Of a DNA stretch of 64,000 nucleotides, positions 20,912 through 30,666 are shown one piece after another (position 1 is the stretch's first letter; each line of letters starts with the position of its first letter). The DNA is from a bacterium (GTDB lineage Bacteria; RBG-13-61-14; DATKZS01): contig CAXXFL010000004.1 in assembly GCA_963674965.2 (NCBI GenBank), positions 32,001-96,000 on the forward strand, in the 5' to 3' direction. Both the position numbers and the translations under genes were made by a program. The notes beneath the pieces are model-generated. The model was not told the DNA's origin. It was given only the letters and a program-made list of their open reading frames with translations, and did no database searches.

Positions 20912-22318
20912 TTATTTCACGATCTCGTAACAGGGTTTGTAAACGCCGGTAAGTCTCATCCTGCCGTCCTCGACGAAGGACTGGAGCAACCGGTCGATCT
21001 CGGCCAGGATGGCCGCGTCTCCCGTGACGCGGAAAGGCCCCTTTTCCTCGACCGCCCTGATTCCGTCGGGCTTGACGTTGCCCTCCACCACCGCCGAGAA
21101 CACCCGGCGCAGGGTAGCGGCGTAGGCGTAGGTCTCGGAGCGCCCGCGGACCTCGAGCCCGGCCACGCTCTCGTGGGTGACCACGAAATGCTCCTGGAAA
21201 ACGGGCGGGATAAAAAGGCCCCGGTTGTAGTAATAGGAATCACGCGTTTTCTCCCGGTGACGCCTGACCTCGAGGATGCCCTTGTTCATCTCCATGGCCA
21301 CCTTGTCCGGGTCGCCAAGTATCAACTGGTACCTGTTCGTCACCTCCTCGCCCAAAGTGGCCTTGAGGAAGGCGTCGATATCGTGGAAATACCTGGCGCT
21401 CGACTCGGGACCGGTCAGAATAAGGGGAAAGGGCATGTCCCGGTTGTCGGGGTGGGAAAGCACGCCCAGGATGTACATCAGTTCCTCGGCCGTGCCCGCT
21501 CCGCCGGGGAATATGACTACGCCGTGGCCGAGCCGGACGAAGGCCTCGAGCCGCTTCTCGATGTCGGGCATGATCACGAGAGGATCGACTATCGGGTTGG
21601 GGGCCTCGCTGGATATGATGCCCGGCTCGGTGATGCCGATGTAGCGCCCGTTCCCTATGCGCTGCTTCGAGTGGGCGATGGTCGCGCCCTTCATCGGGCC
21701 CTTCATGGCCCCCGGGCCGCAGCCGGTGATCACGTCCATTTTGCGCAGCCCGCACTGGTAGCCCACCTCCTTGGTGTAGTCGTACTCCTCGAGCCGGATG
21801 GCGTGGCCGCCCCAGCATACAACCGTCTTGTGGCGGCTCGGCCCGTCGAATATGCCCGCGTTCCGAAGTATAAGGAAGACCGCGTCGGTGATGCCCTCGG
21901 GGCACGACATGTCGAACTTGCCCGTCCGCTCGACCTCGCTTCTTACAAAGACCATGTCGCGGAGCACGGCGAAGAGGTTCTGCCTGATGCCCTCGATGAT
22001 GCCGTGGGTCACGACGGGCTTTTCGTCCTCGAGTTCCTCGTAGGCCACGAAGGCCTCGGCCGGGGCGTTATAAAGTCGAATCTCTATCCCGCCGGCCGTG
22101 CGGGCCACTTCCATGTTGAAGTCCTTGTAAATCTCGAGCAGGGTCTTGACGTCGTCCCTTTCCTCGCCGTGCACCAGCACCGCCAGGGCCAGCCGGTCAA
22201 GGAGAGCGGCCGAGTAATGGTTGGACTCCATGAACAGGCCGTCTATCTCGGACGGCGAAAGGGTCTCGAGGGGAGTGTTCTCCGGTGTGACCACGTACTT
22301 CGCTATTGTCTGGGCCAT
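20912..22318 (-). CDS. ppnN: Nucleotide 5'-monophosphate nucleosidase PpnN (YgdH)
   Basis: VVCWGGHAI, TGCGPGAMKGPMKGATI, IMPDIEKRLEAFVRLGHG, FPGGAGTAEE, GNVK, C-terminal YKPCYEI. Confidence 0.92.
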   Translation of the reverse strand: MAQTIAKYVVTPENTPLETLSPSEIDGLFMESNHYSAALLDRLALAVLVHGEERDDVKTLLEIYKDFNMEVARTAGGIEIRLYNAPAEAFVAYEELEDEKPVVTHGIIEGIRQNLFAVLRDMVFVRSEVERTGKFDMSCPEGITDAVFLILRNAGIFDGPSRHKTVVCWGGHAIRLEEYDYTKEVGYQCGLRKMDVITGCGPGAMKGPMKGATIAHSKQRIGNGRYIGITEPGIISSEAPNPIVDPLVIMPDIEKRLEAFVRLGHGVVIFPGGAGTAEELMYILGVLSHPDNRDMPFPLILTGPESSARYFHDIDAFLKATLGEEVTNRYQLILGDPDKVAMEMNKGILEVRRHREKTRDSYYYNRGLFIPPVFQEHFVVTHESVAGLEVRGRSETYAYAATLRRVFSAVVEGNVKPDGIRAVEEKGPFRVTGDAAILAEIDRLLQSFVEDGRMRLTGVYKPCYEIVK

Positions 22319-22434
22319 AATCGTTCCTTTATTATCGCGCGTATATCGGCCCCCCTGGAGGAGGGACCGTCAAGCTAACATGTTAAGGCAATCGGCCCGG
22401 GAAGCCAAACTGATTGAAGACTGGAAGGCAAGAT

Positions 22435-22469
22435 AAAAACCAGCGGCGCGAGAGGCAATCCCGCGCCGC
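22435..22469 (-). terminator. Intrinsic terminator of the fibre gene
   Basis: GCGGCGCG/CGCGCCGC stem followed by a T-run on the minus strand. Confidence 0.6.
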
Positions 22470-22493
22470 CTGACGCGATTATCCACGCAATAT

Positions 22494-25400
22494 TTAAAAC
22501 TTCTCCTGCTTGGGCTTTTTCTCCTTGTTGTTCTTCCATCCTTTTTCCTCGAAGAGCTTTTCGTTGACCTTTCCTTCCTGGTCCAGGATGCCGTTTTTCT
22601 TGAAAATCTGTTTTACTCCCTCGGAATGCTTGTCGTAGAATTCCTGGGTGGTCGTCTCGCTTTCGTCCATGTCCGCGTTGTTGCCCTGGAAGGGGACGTA
22701 ATCCACGTTCTTGATTATGGGCTGGTATTCCTCGTAGCCCAGCCTCTTGCCCATGACCATGAAGTCGAACTCCACGTTGCTCGTGCCACCGCGGAACTCC
22801 TTGACCACTATCCTCTCGTTGCTCTTCTCGGCCACCATGATGCCGTTGCAGTCCCCCAGGGCCCCCAGCGTGACCGTCACCGGATAGTCGGGGCTGGTGG
22901 CCTTGCGGAAGTGGTCGGGAAGAATCACCTCGGCCACCCCGTTCTCGAGGCGGGCCGTTCCGCGCCAGTAAGTCCCGTTCTCGCCGCCCTCGAGGGTGGC
23001 GTAAACGATGGACTGGTCCGGGTCCTCGGGGTCGGGGTTGACCCAGTTCTTGGTCCCCGCCGACACGTAAAGACCATAAGCCGTACTATTGCTATAGGCC
23101 GACAGATAAGCGCCGTACGCGGAGCCCGTCGCGCCCGAGGCGTCGGCGTCAGCCGTTCCTCTCAACCCGTAAACCGATGAGGCCCCGTAACCGAAAGCGC
23201 TAGCGTTTACTCCATAGCTGATTCCCTGACTGTAGCTATAATAGCGGCCTCCATATCTTGTAAACGTCTCATCCGAGGCGCCGGACACGGCGTAAATCCC
23301 GTAATAACTAGTCGCCAGCGTAACGTAATGATCGTAAGCATCCGTGCTCAAAGCGGCGTAAAGGGGAGTTTCAGCGGACTCGGCATAGACGCCGTAATTG
23401 ATTCCGGCGGCTGAAGTCCCGGTGGAGAAATAACCTCCGTAGGCATAGTCGTCGCCGGAGTATCCATATCCATAGACCCCATAAGATTCGCCGACCGAAT
23501 TGTACGCGTAACCTCTCACGCCATAAGCCGTTTCTCCGGATGAGTTTCCGCTGGCGGACCCGAAAACTCCATACTTGTCTCCATCACCGTTGCTGCCGGT
23601 GTAAAAATAACCTCCATAGACGTCTCCATCGCCTTCGTTGAAACTGTTTGCTCTTACTCCGTACGCGGTACTGGGTCCGTATCCATGAGCGATGCCGAAT
23701 ACTCCATAGGCGATGCCTTGGCTATATCCTAAAAAATAGCCGCCGTATCTGGTTGACGTCTCGTCCGAGGCTCCACTCCTGCCGTAAACCCCGTATGTCG
23801 CTGAGCCAAGATAGCCTAAATGATCGCCTGGGTCGCCGGCCAACGCGCCGTAAACGCCAACGCCGGTTCCAGATAACATTGCCCCATAATAGGCCGCGGT
23901 AGAGTCGCCGTTTATTATTCCGCAACTGGAATCTGGAGCGACGCCAAGGCCAATGTTGCCCCCCCCTATATACGCGTCGCCGCCGGTGGATAAATAGTCC
24001 CCGATATACGCGTCGTCCGTTACGTAAACGTCGTTGTCCACCTCGAGCGCGTCCTCCACGTAAAGGTCGCCGTCGCCGCCAACGTAATCCTCGGTACCGG
24101 AACTCCCGACGTGCACAAGGCCTCCCTGGAACCAGCCCGCGTAATCGTCATACACGGCCGAGAAAACGCCGTAATGCGTGCCCGTGCCCGCGCTGGAAGT
24201 TGAAAAATAACCTCCGTACGCGTTCCCGGTGGAGCTGTTGTATCCGAACCCATTTACTCCTTGCGCTTCATAGGAGCCGTAGCCATAGCCCGCCGCGAAC
24301 GCTCCATATGAACTTGATTGGCTGTACGATAAAAACCTGCCGCCATATCTGTTTGCAGTCTCATCGCTGTTTCCGCTTCTGCCGTAAACGCCATACTGCA
24401 CCGAGCCGAGGTATCCGTAATGATCGGCTGGGTCGCCGGCGTACGCTCCATAAACGCCCGAGTCGCTCCCATACAAATACGCTCCATAACTGGGCGCGCC
24501 GGCGGAAACGTTCAGAACGCCGTAGGTCGAGCTTGGCGCCGTGCCAAGGCCAATGTTGCCTCCGCCTATGTACGCGTCGCCCCCGGCGGAAAGATAGTCC
24601 CCTATAAAGGCGTCGTCCGCCACGTAGACGTCGTTGTCGACCTCGAGCAGGTCCTCAACGTATACGTCGCCCTCTCCGTCAACGTAGTCCTCGCTGCCAT
24701 AGCTTCCCACGTGCACCACGCCGCCGGCGAACCACCCGGAATAATCGTCCGCGTTGGCGTATACTCCATAATGCGTGCCCGTGCCGTTCGGCAGAGACTC
24801 GAACATGGCGGCATACACGGACCCGGAGTCGTAGTTGACCGCCTGGGTATGCACGCCAACCGCCGGGTCGGAACCGTAACCATAAGCGAAACCGGAGACT
24901 CCATAGGCGTAGCCCTGGCTGGTCCCCTGGAAAGCCCCGCCCGTTCTCTGGCTCGTGGCGGCGGAGGAACCGGCGTTGCCGAAAACTCCCCAATACTCTT
25001 CGCCTAAAGTGCCGTAATTATTGTAATCCCCGGCCCAGCCGCCTAAAACGCCTAAATAGTTACCGGCTAAATCCGCCCCGTAATCGGGAGGGGACGCGTA
25101 GTCGTTCATGATGCTGAATTGATCGTCGGGCATGCGGCCGATTCCGATGTTATTGCCCAGCACCGCCACGTCGCCCTGCACGATGAGGTCCTGGCCCAGG
25201 TTTACCCGGCCGCCAACGTCGAGTGCCCCCGTAATGGTGTCGCCAGAGGACGCCACGTAGGCGTCGGGGGCCTGCCCGCCAAGCTGGCCCGAGTCCTGGG
25301 CGAAGACGATGGTGATATCGTCGGGCACCTGGGCGTCAGTGGCCTGGCCGGTAATCTCGGTGAAGTCGTGGGTATGACCGACAAGAGAGAAGGCTGACAA

Positions 25401-26033
25401 TGAATAGCCGTCAAGAGTGACCGCCTCGTCCGCCTTCATGGCAAAGGGGACCGAGGTCAGCCGTTGCCTTGGGGAGAGGACCTCCAGGTTGGCCTCCACC
25501 TCGAGGTATATGCTCGAGCTATCGAGCAGGGAGGCGTCAAGGCTCGAGTACTCCCCAAGCTGGACGTGGTAAAGACCGTTTACAACATCCACCGCCTGGG
25601 TCTCGCTCCATATCTCGGAGCCATAGTCGGTCCAGTCGTAATCGACCTCCACGCTCTGACCGTCAAGGATAAAACCGGTGGGCACGCGAGTGATGGTTCC
25701 GTTTACGTAATCCATCACGTAGTCGCGGGGAGACTCGTAGGTGGGAACGCCTCCAACCGCCGTCACCAACTCGCTCCCGCCGGAAATGTCAAGATGGCCG
25801 AGGGAGACGGCCGTGGCGCCGTTCATGACCGCGACCTCGTCCGTCACCTGCTCCAGGGTCACCTCCTTGTCCCAAAGCGAGAATTCCATGGCCAGGGCCG
25901 CCTCGTTCACCGGTTGGCCGGTCCCGTCAAAGAGGCGTCCCTGGTAATTGATCAGGCCGGGAACTCCTTGAGCCATGACCGCCAAGGAAGCCGTTAAGAT
26001 CGATAACGCTACAACCCACTTTGCCTTAGTCAT
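22494..26033 (-). CDS. Secreted phage-tail-fibre-like (trimeric adhesin-like) protein with Gly/Tyr-rich repeats
   Basis: Signal peptide; PGLINYQGRL N-domain ending PRQRLTSVPFA; HTHDF motif; many YGVYG-type repeats; C-terminal KNWVNPDP...LEGGE...ILPDHF domain. Confidence 0.75.
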   Translation of the reverse strand: MTKAKWVVALSILTASLAVMAQGVPGLINYQGRLFDGTGQPVNEAALAMEFSLWDKEVTLEQVTDEVAVMNGATAVSLGHLDISGGSELVTAVGGVPTYESPRDYVMDYVNGTITRVPTGFILDGQSVEVDYDWTDYGSEIWSETQAVDVVNGLYHVQLGEYSSLDASLLDSSSIYLEVEANLEVLSPRQRLTSVPFAMKADEAVTLDGYSLSAFSLVGHTHDFTEITGQATDAQVPDDITIVFAQDSGQLGGQAPDAYVASSGDTITGALDVGGRVNLGQDLIVQGDVAVLGNNIGIGRMPDDQFSIMNDYASPPDYGADLAGNYLGVLGGWAGDYNNYGTLGEEYWGVFGNAGSSAATSQRTGGAFQGTSQGYAYGVSGFAYGYGSDPAVGVHTQAVNYDSGSVYAAMFESLPNGTGTHYGVYANADDYSGWFAGGVVHVGSYGSEDYVDGEGDVYVEDLLEVDNDVYVADDAFIGDYLSAGGDAYIGGGNIGLGTAPSSTYGVLNVSAGAPSYGAYLYGSDSGVYGAYAGDPADHYGYLGSVQYGVYGRSGNSDETANRYGGRFLSYSQSSSYGAFAAGYGYGSYEAQGVNGFGYNSSTGNAYGGYFSTSSAGTGTHYGVFSAVYDDYAGWFQGGLVHVGSSGTEDYVGGDGDLYVEDALEVDNDVYVTDDAYIGDYLSTGGDAYIGGGNIGLGVAPDSSCGIINGDSTAAYYGAMLSGTGVGVYGALAGDPGDHLGYLGSATYGVYGRSGASDETSTRYGGYFLGYSQGIAYGVFGIAHGYGPSTAYGVRANSFNEGDGDVYGGYFYTGSNGDGDKYGVFGSASGNSSGETAYGVRGYAYNSVGESYGVYGYGYSGDDYAYGGYFSTGTSAAGINYGVYAESAETPLYAALSTDAYDHYVTLATSYYGIYAVSGASDETFTRYGGRYYSYSQGISYGVNASAFGYGASSVYGLRGTADADASGATGSAYGAYLSAYSNSTAYGLYVSAGTKNWVNPDPEDPDQSIVYATLEGGENGTYWRGTARLENGVAEVILPDHFRKATSPDYPVTVTLGALGDCNGIMVAEKSNERIVVKEFRGGTSNVEFDFMVMGKRLGYEEYQPIIKNVDYVPFQGNNADMDESETTTQEFYDKHSEGVKQIFKKNGILDQEGKVNEKLFEEKGWKNNKEKKPKQEKF
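23760..24790 (-). repeat. Internal tandem duplication (600 bp / 200 aa period) in the fibre gene
   Basis: GCCAAGGCCAATGTTGCC at 23943 and 24543; EDYV.G.GD.YVED.LEVDNDVYV.DDA.IGDYLS.GGDAYIGGGNIGLG occurs twice; a third diverged NIGIG module lies near 25150. Confidence 0.9.
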
Positions 26034-26488
26034 TTTTCCTTCCCCCTTTTAACCAGTACGGTCGAAGAGTCGGCGAAAACGCAAAAAGGTTATTCCGAGA
26101 AACCTCCGCCTTCAGGAACCTTTCGATGAAAACGTCCCCACAATGATTAGCTTAAAGACTTTTTGATGGCTCGCTCGAACGCGGCCGCCTTAACCATTTC
26201 GCCCCCGCGCTAAAAGACAGCCGCAAAATCCCTGTGGGAAAAACCTAACATAGTCATTGATCGATTACAATACGGCATCGGTCATAATTATGCTCTCGAT
26301 TCCAGGTTATTGGCGGTAGGAGGACAAACCGCCACGAGCCGTACATCTCAAGTTTTGCAAAATGGGGGAAGTCTACGAAAAAAGCGGCCTCTTGATATTT
26401 TATCAGCCGCGATACAAACTGGACGAGAGACGCTCGGCGGAATATCCATTTGCCGCCCTGGCCATTCCCTTGAAGGAGGAGTAACCAA

Positions 26489-27292
26489 ATGTCGGGATCA
26501 TACCTCGAGAAGCTGCTCGCGACCGACGCGATTCGGCGGCCCGCCATCACGGCGGCCATTGGCAGGCTTGGTCTTCCTTCCTCGAGCCGCGGGCTTGACG
26601 CCGGCAGCGGCGCGGGTCTCCAGTCCATGCTTCTGGCCCAAGCGGTCGGGCCGAGGGGACGCGTGACCGGACTGGACATATCCGCCGAGTTTCTGGCCTT
26701 TGCCCGCGAGAGGGTAAAGGAGGCCGGCCTCGAGCAAAGGGTATCCTTCCAGGAGGGAAGCGTGGCAGATATCCCCTTTGACGACGACTGCTTCGACTGG
26801 GCCTGGAGCGCCGACCTGGTGGGATACGCGCCCATGGACCCCATGCCACTTCTCGAGGAACTTGCGCGGGTGGTCAGGCCGGGAGGGACCCTGGCCATAC
26901 TCGCCTGGTCCTCGGAGAGGCTCCTGCCCGGGTATCCTCGCCTCGAGGCCAGGCTGGGAGCTACCGCCCCCGGCATGGCCCCCTTTTCGAGCGACATGGC
27001 GCCCTCCCGCCATTTTTCGAGGACCCTGAGCCGGTTCGCGGAGCTGGGACTTGCGGACGCTCGGGTCGAGACAATGGCCGGCGGGGTCCACGCGCCCCTT
27101 TCCGAGGAAGAGTATAAGGGCGTCGAGGCCCTTATCGAGATGAGATGGCCGGGCGCCGAAAAGGAACTTGAGCCGGACGACCTGGACTTGTTTAAAAGAC
27201 TTACCAAACCCGAGTCTCCGGAATTCATCCCGCTTCTTCCCGACTATTACGCCTTCTTCACTTATTCCATGTTCGTGGGGGTGGTTCTATAA
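26489..27292 (+). CDS. Class I SAM-dependent methyltransferase
   Basis: LDAGSGAG, GLDIS, PFDDDCFD, RVVRPGG. Confidence 0.9.
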   Translation: MSGSYLEKLLATDAIRRPAITAAIGRLGLPSSSRGLDAGSGAGLQSMLLAQAVGPRGRVTGLDISAEFLAFARERVKEAGLEQRVSFQEGSVADIPFDDDCFDWAWSADLVGYAPMDPMPLLEELARVVRPGGTLAILAWSSERLLPGYPRLEARLGATAPGMAPFSSDMAPSRHFSRTLSRFAELGLADARVETMAGGVHAPLSEEEYKGVEALIEMRWPGAEKELEPDDLDLFKRLTKPESPEFIPLLPDYYAFFTYSMFVGVVL

Positions 27293-27402
27293 GAAGACCT
27301 CTGGCCCTCGCAAAGCCCGCTTGGACGGCCACGTGACGAGAGACCGGATGGGCCGGTCCGGCTCCACTGGCGCCGCCTTCCCCAATGTGGCAAAATTACG
27401 CC

Positions 27403-28647
27403 ATGATTAAAGCCGAAAACGTGACCAAGACTTTCAAGTTCTACGCCCGTCCCCGTCACTGGCTGGCGGAAAAGATCACCGGGAAAGAGCGTTGTCTCGA
27501 GATTGCCGCTCTAAGGAACGTCAGCCTTTGCGCCGCCCCCGGCGAGTGCCTCGGGGTCATCGGCTCCAACGGGGCGGGCAAGTCCACCCTCCTTCGCGTG
27601 CTGGCCGGCATCAGCGCCCCCACCTCGGGCGCGGTGATGGCCGAGGGCAGGGTCTCGGCCCTTTTGGAGCTGGACTCGGGTTTTCATCCCGAATTCACGG
27701 GCCGCGAGAATTTGAGGATCGGCTCCTCGGTCCTGGGCCTTTCCCGCCAGGAGGCCCGGGCCAGGGAGGAGGAGATCATCGCCTTTTCCGGCTTGGCAGA
27801 TTATATCGATTTCCCGGTCCGGACCTACTCCTCGGGCATGTACCTGCGTCTCGGGTTCTCCCTGGCCACGGCCGTCGCTCCCGACGTCTTCCTGGTTGAC
27901 GAGGCCCTGGCCGTGGGCGACGAGTGGTTCAGGGGCAAGTGCGTGGACCGCGTCCGCCGCGTTCGCGACTCCGGGGCGGCCGTGGTTATCGTAAGCCACG
28001 ACCTGACCATGGTGCGCGCCCTTTGCGATAAGGTGGCCATATTGAGAAAAGGAGAGGTGGTGGAGGAGGGACGGCCAACGGACGCCGTCAACCGCTACCT
28101 GGAAATCCTCTACGAGGAGGCCGCCGCCGAGGCTGGACGCGAGGGCTCGGCCTCGGGAGGAAAGAGGCGGGGCACGGGAGAACTCGAGATAGGAGAGGTG
28201 AGGCTTCTCGGGAGGGACATGAAGCCCGCGGCGGTCATACCGACGGGCGAACCCTTTGCGGTCGAGTTCGATTACCGGGCGAGAAAGAGGATCGAGGGAC
28301 CCCTGTTCGGGGTCAACCTTTTCCGTTCCGACGGGGTCCTGGCGGTCTCGAACAACTGCGACACGGCCCGGACGGCCAACCTGAACCTCAGGCCAGAGGA
28401 ATACCCTGGCGAGTCTCCGCCCGAGCTTGCCAAGGGCGCCGGAGGCGTGGCGCGGTTCCGATGCCCGGCCAACCCCTTGCTGGAGGGAGCGTACGAGGTC
28501 TCGGTCAACGTGTTCCGTGGAAAAAGCGGCGCCCACGTTCCCGTCGAGGAGGTCATGGGCGCGGTAAGGTTCCAGGTGGTCTCGGGAAGGTTCACCGACC
28601 GCGGCCTCTTCGTCTGCCCCGGCAAGTGGGAGATAGAGAAAAAATAA
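27403..28647 (+). CDS. wzt: Polysaccharide ABC exporter ATPase with Wzt C-terminal domain
   Basis: GSNGAGKST, YSSGMYLRLGFS, VDEALAVGD, VSHD; C-terminal Ig-like domain. Confidence 0.88.
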   Translation: MIKAENVTKTFKFYARPRHWLAEKITGKERCLEIAALRNVSLCAAPGECLGVIGSNGAGKSTLLRVLAGISAPTSGAVMAEGRVSALLELDSGFHPEFTGRENLRIGSSVLGLSRQEARAREEEIIAFSGLADYIDFPVRTYSSGMYLRLGFSLATAVAPDVFLVDEALAVGDEWFRGKCVDRVRRVRDSGAAVVIVSHDLTMVRALCDKVAILRKGEVVEEGRPTDAVNRYLEILYEEAAAEAGREGSASGGKRRGTGELEIGEVRLLGRDMKPAAVIPTGEPFAVEFDYRARKRIEGPLFGVNLFRSDGVLAVSNNCDTARTANLNLRPEEYPGESPPELAKGAGGVARFRCPANPLLEGAYEVSVNVFRGKSGAHVPVEEVMGAVRFQVVSGRFTDRGLFVCPGKWEIEKK

Positions 28648-28820
28648 CCGGGATAGAGTCCCTTGTGAGGGAATCCCGCTGAGACCGGAAAAACTCCGAG
28701 CGGTTCATGTAGTATAATGATTCGAGACGTCCGCGTTCGGGTTAATAACGCTCCGCTCCGCCTTAAAGACGAGAATAACAACCGAATGGGGAAACACCGT
28801 ATTCAGCGAGGTATTGAAAG

Positions 28821-30008
28821 ATGAAAATAGAATCGATTCGCCTGAAGAATTTTAAAGCTTTCAAAGATACCGAGCTTGTGGATATCCCGAGATTCTGCGT
28901 TTTTATCGGGCCCAACGGCTCGGGTAAAAGCACCTTGTTCAGCCTCTTCGGTTTCCTGAAAGACGCGCTGGCCAGTAACGTCAACGCCGCGCTTATGAAA
29001 TTGGGAGGAAGTCGGGGTTTTCAAGAGGTCAGAAGCCGAGACTCGGACGGCCCGATCGAGATAGAATTGAAATTTCGAAGCAAATCAACCGGTCCCCTTA
29101 TTACTTATACCTTAACCATCAACGAGGAAGACGCAAGGCCCATAGTCGAGCGGGAGACCTTACGGTATAGAAGGGGGCAAAGAGGCGCTCCCTGGAAGTT
29201 TCTGGACTTTGAAAAAGGCAAGGGGACGGCGGTCACGAACGAGTTTAAATCGGTCAGCGATGAAAAGGACCTGACGAGGGAGAATCAAACGCTGAAATCT
29301 CCCGATATCTTGGCGGTGAAGGGTCTAGCGCAATTCGAAAAATTTCCCGCGGCCGTGGCTCTGGGGGATTTAATCGAGAACTGGCACGTTTCCGATTTTC
29401 ACATAAGCAGCGCCCGTCCCGAGCGTGAAGCCGGTTACGCGGAGCATCTCTCTCGGGAGGGCGAGGATCTTTCCCTGGTGGTTCAGTATCTTCATCAGAG
29501 CCATCCCAAGATTTTCAAGAAAATCATCGATCAATTAAAACTGCGGGTACCCGGAATTACTAAGGTTGAGTCGAAAACTACCGAGGAGGGCAAGGTGCTT
29601 CTCAAGTTCCAGGACGGCTCGTTCGAGGACCCCTTCCTGGCCCGTTACGTTTCCGACGGGACAATAAAAATGCTGGCTTACCTTACGCTTCTGTACGATC
29701 CTTCTCCCCATCCCTTGCTGTGCGTCGAGGAACCGGAGAACCAGCTTTATCCCGACCTTCTTTGGGAGTTGGCCGAGGAATTTCGCGACTACGCCAACCG
29801 CGGCGGCCAGGTTTTCGTGTCCACCCACTCTCCCGATTTCTTGAACGCGGCGCGTCTGGACGAAGTGTTTTTACTTTCCAAAGAGAACGGCTATACCCGG
29901 GTAAAAAGGCTGAGGGACGACGAGCAGATCGCCCGTTTCGTCGAGGACGGCGATCAATTGGGTTATCTTTGGAAGGACGGCTCGCTTGGGAGAATAAGCG
30001 GACGATGA
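28821..30008 (+). CDS. ABC-type AAA ATPase (AAA_21/AAA_15-like)
   Basis: IRLKNFKAF, GPNGSGKST, VSDGT signature, CVEEPENQLYP, STHS. Confidence 0.9.
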   Translation: MKIESIRLKNFKAFKDTELVDIPRFCVFIGPNGSGKSTLFSLFGFLKDALASNVNAALMKLGGSRGFQEVRSRDSDGPIEIELKFRSKSTGPLITYTLTINEEDARPIVERETLRYRRGQRGAPWKFLDFEKGKGTAVTNEFKSVSDEKDLTRENQTLKSPDILAVKGLAQFEKFPAAVALGDLIENWHVSDFHISSARPEREAGYAEHLSREGEDLSLVVQYLHQSHPKIFKKIIDQLKLRVPGITKVESKTTEEGKVLLKFQDGSFEDPFLARYVSDGTIKMLAYLTLLYDPSPHPLLCVEEPENQLYPDLLWELAEEFRDYANRGGQVFVSTHSPDFLNAARLDEVFLLSKENGYTRVKRLRDDEQIARFVEDGDQLGYLWKDGSLGRISGR

Positions 30009-30565
30009 AGACGCTAGTTTTTCTGTTGGAGGAGCCATCCGCCAGGGAAATGCTGCAAGGCGTTCTTCCCCGCCTTGTCCCCGATGAGGTCGAGATTAAA
30101 TACGTTGTATTCGAGGGCAAGAGCGACCTTGAAAAAAGGATGAAATACAAAATCAGGGGATGGTTAAAGCCAGATACGTCGTTTATCGTGATGCGGGATC
30201 AAGATTTCGGCGATTGTCGCCTGATTAAAAGCAAACTCAAAAAGAAGTGCAAAGAGGCTGGCAGGGCCGATACCCTGGTCCGCGTAGCGTGCCGGGAACT
30301 TGAGAGCTTTTATCTTGGCGACCTGGCCGCCGTTGAAAGGGGATTGGAAATTAAGGGGCTGGCGGCAACGCGGAATAAAAGCAAGTACTGCTATCCCGAC
30401 GAGATCGGCAAGCCGTCTGAGGAACTGGCCAGGATTACTAAAAACAAATATCAGAAAGTTCTCGGCTCCCGCTCGATAGCTCCGTTTTTGGCCCTCGATG
30501 AATCGAACCGCTCCCATAGTTTTCAGGTGCTCCTTCAAGGGATTAAAGCTCTTCTCGATAGATAA
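30005..30565 (+). CDS. DUF4276 (TOPRIM/RloB-like) protein
   Basis: LVFLLEEPSAREML, VMRDQD, RELESFYLGD, NRSHSF; ATGA coupling to the ATPase. Confidence 0.8.
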   Translation: MKTLVFLLEEPSAREMLQGVLPRLVPDEVEIKYVVFEGKSDLEKRMKYKIRGWLKPDTSFIVMRDQDFGDCRLIKSKLKKKCKEAGRADTLVRVACRELESFYLGDLAAVERGLEIKGLAATRNKSKYCYPDEIGKPSEELARITKNKYQKVLGSRSIAPFLALDESNRSHSFQVLLQGIKALLDR

Positions 30566-30666
30566 AATCCTCTTCGACCTTTATCCAGCTAAAACGTCAA
30601 AGGTTAATGGCAGCCTATTCGCGGCCCCGTTTTTAATACGACGCCTAAGCTGATAAAATCCGCCCC

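Noticed and set aside
20693-22378. 561-aa plus-strand ORF, and similar long ORFs such as 39555-40961, 6069-7175 and 27511-28536
   Set aside because: Antisense shadows of well-supported genes, expected in GC-rich DNA.
23700-25200. CRISPR-like or non-coding repeat array
   Set aside because: The repeats are in-frame coding duplications; no repeat-spacer array was seen anywhere in the window.
22494-26033. Prophage
   Set aside because: The fibre gene has a signal peptide, and no capsid, terminase or integrase genes flank it.
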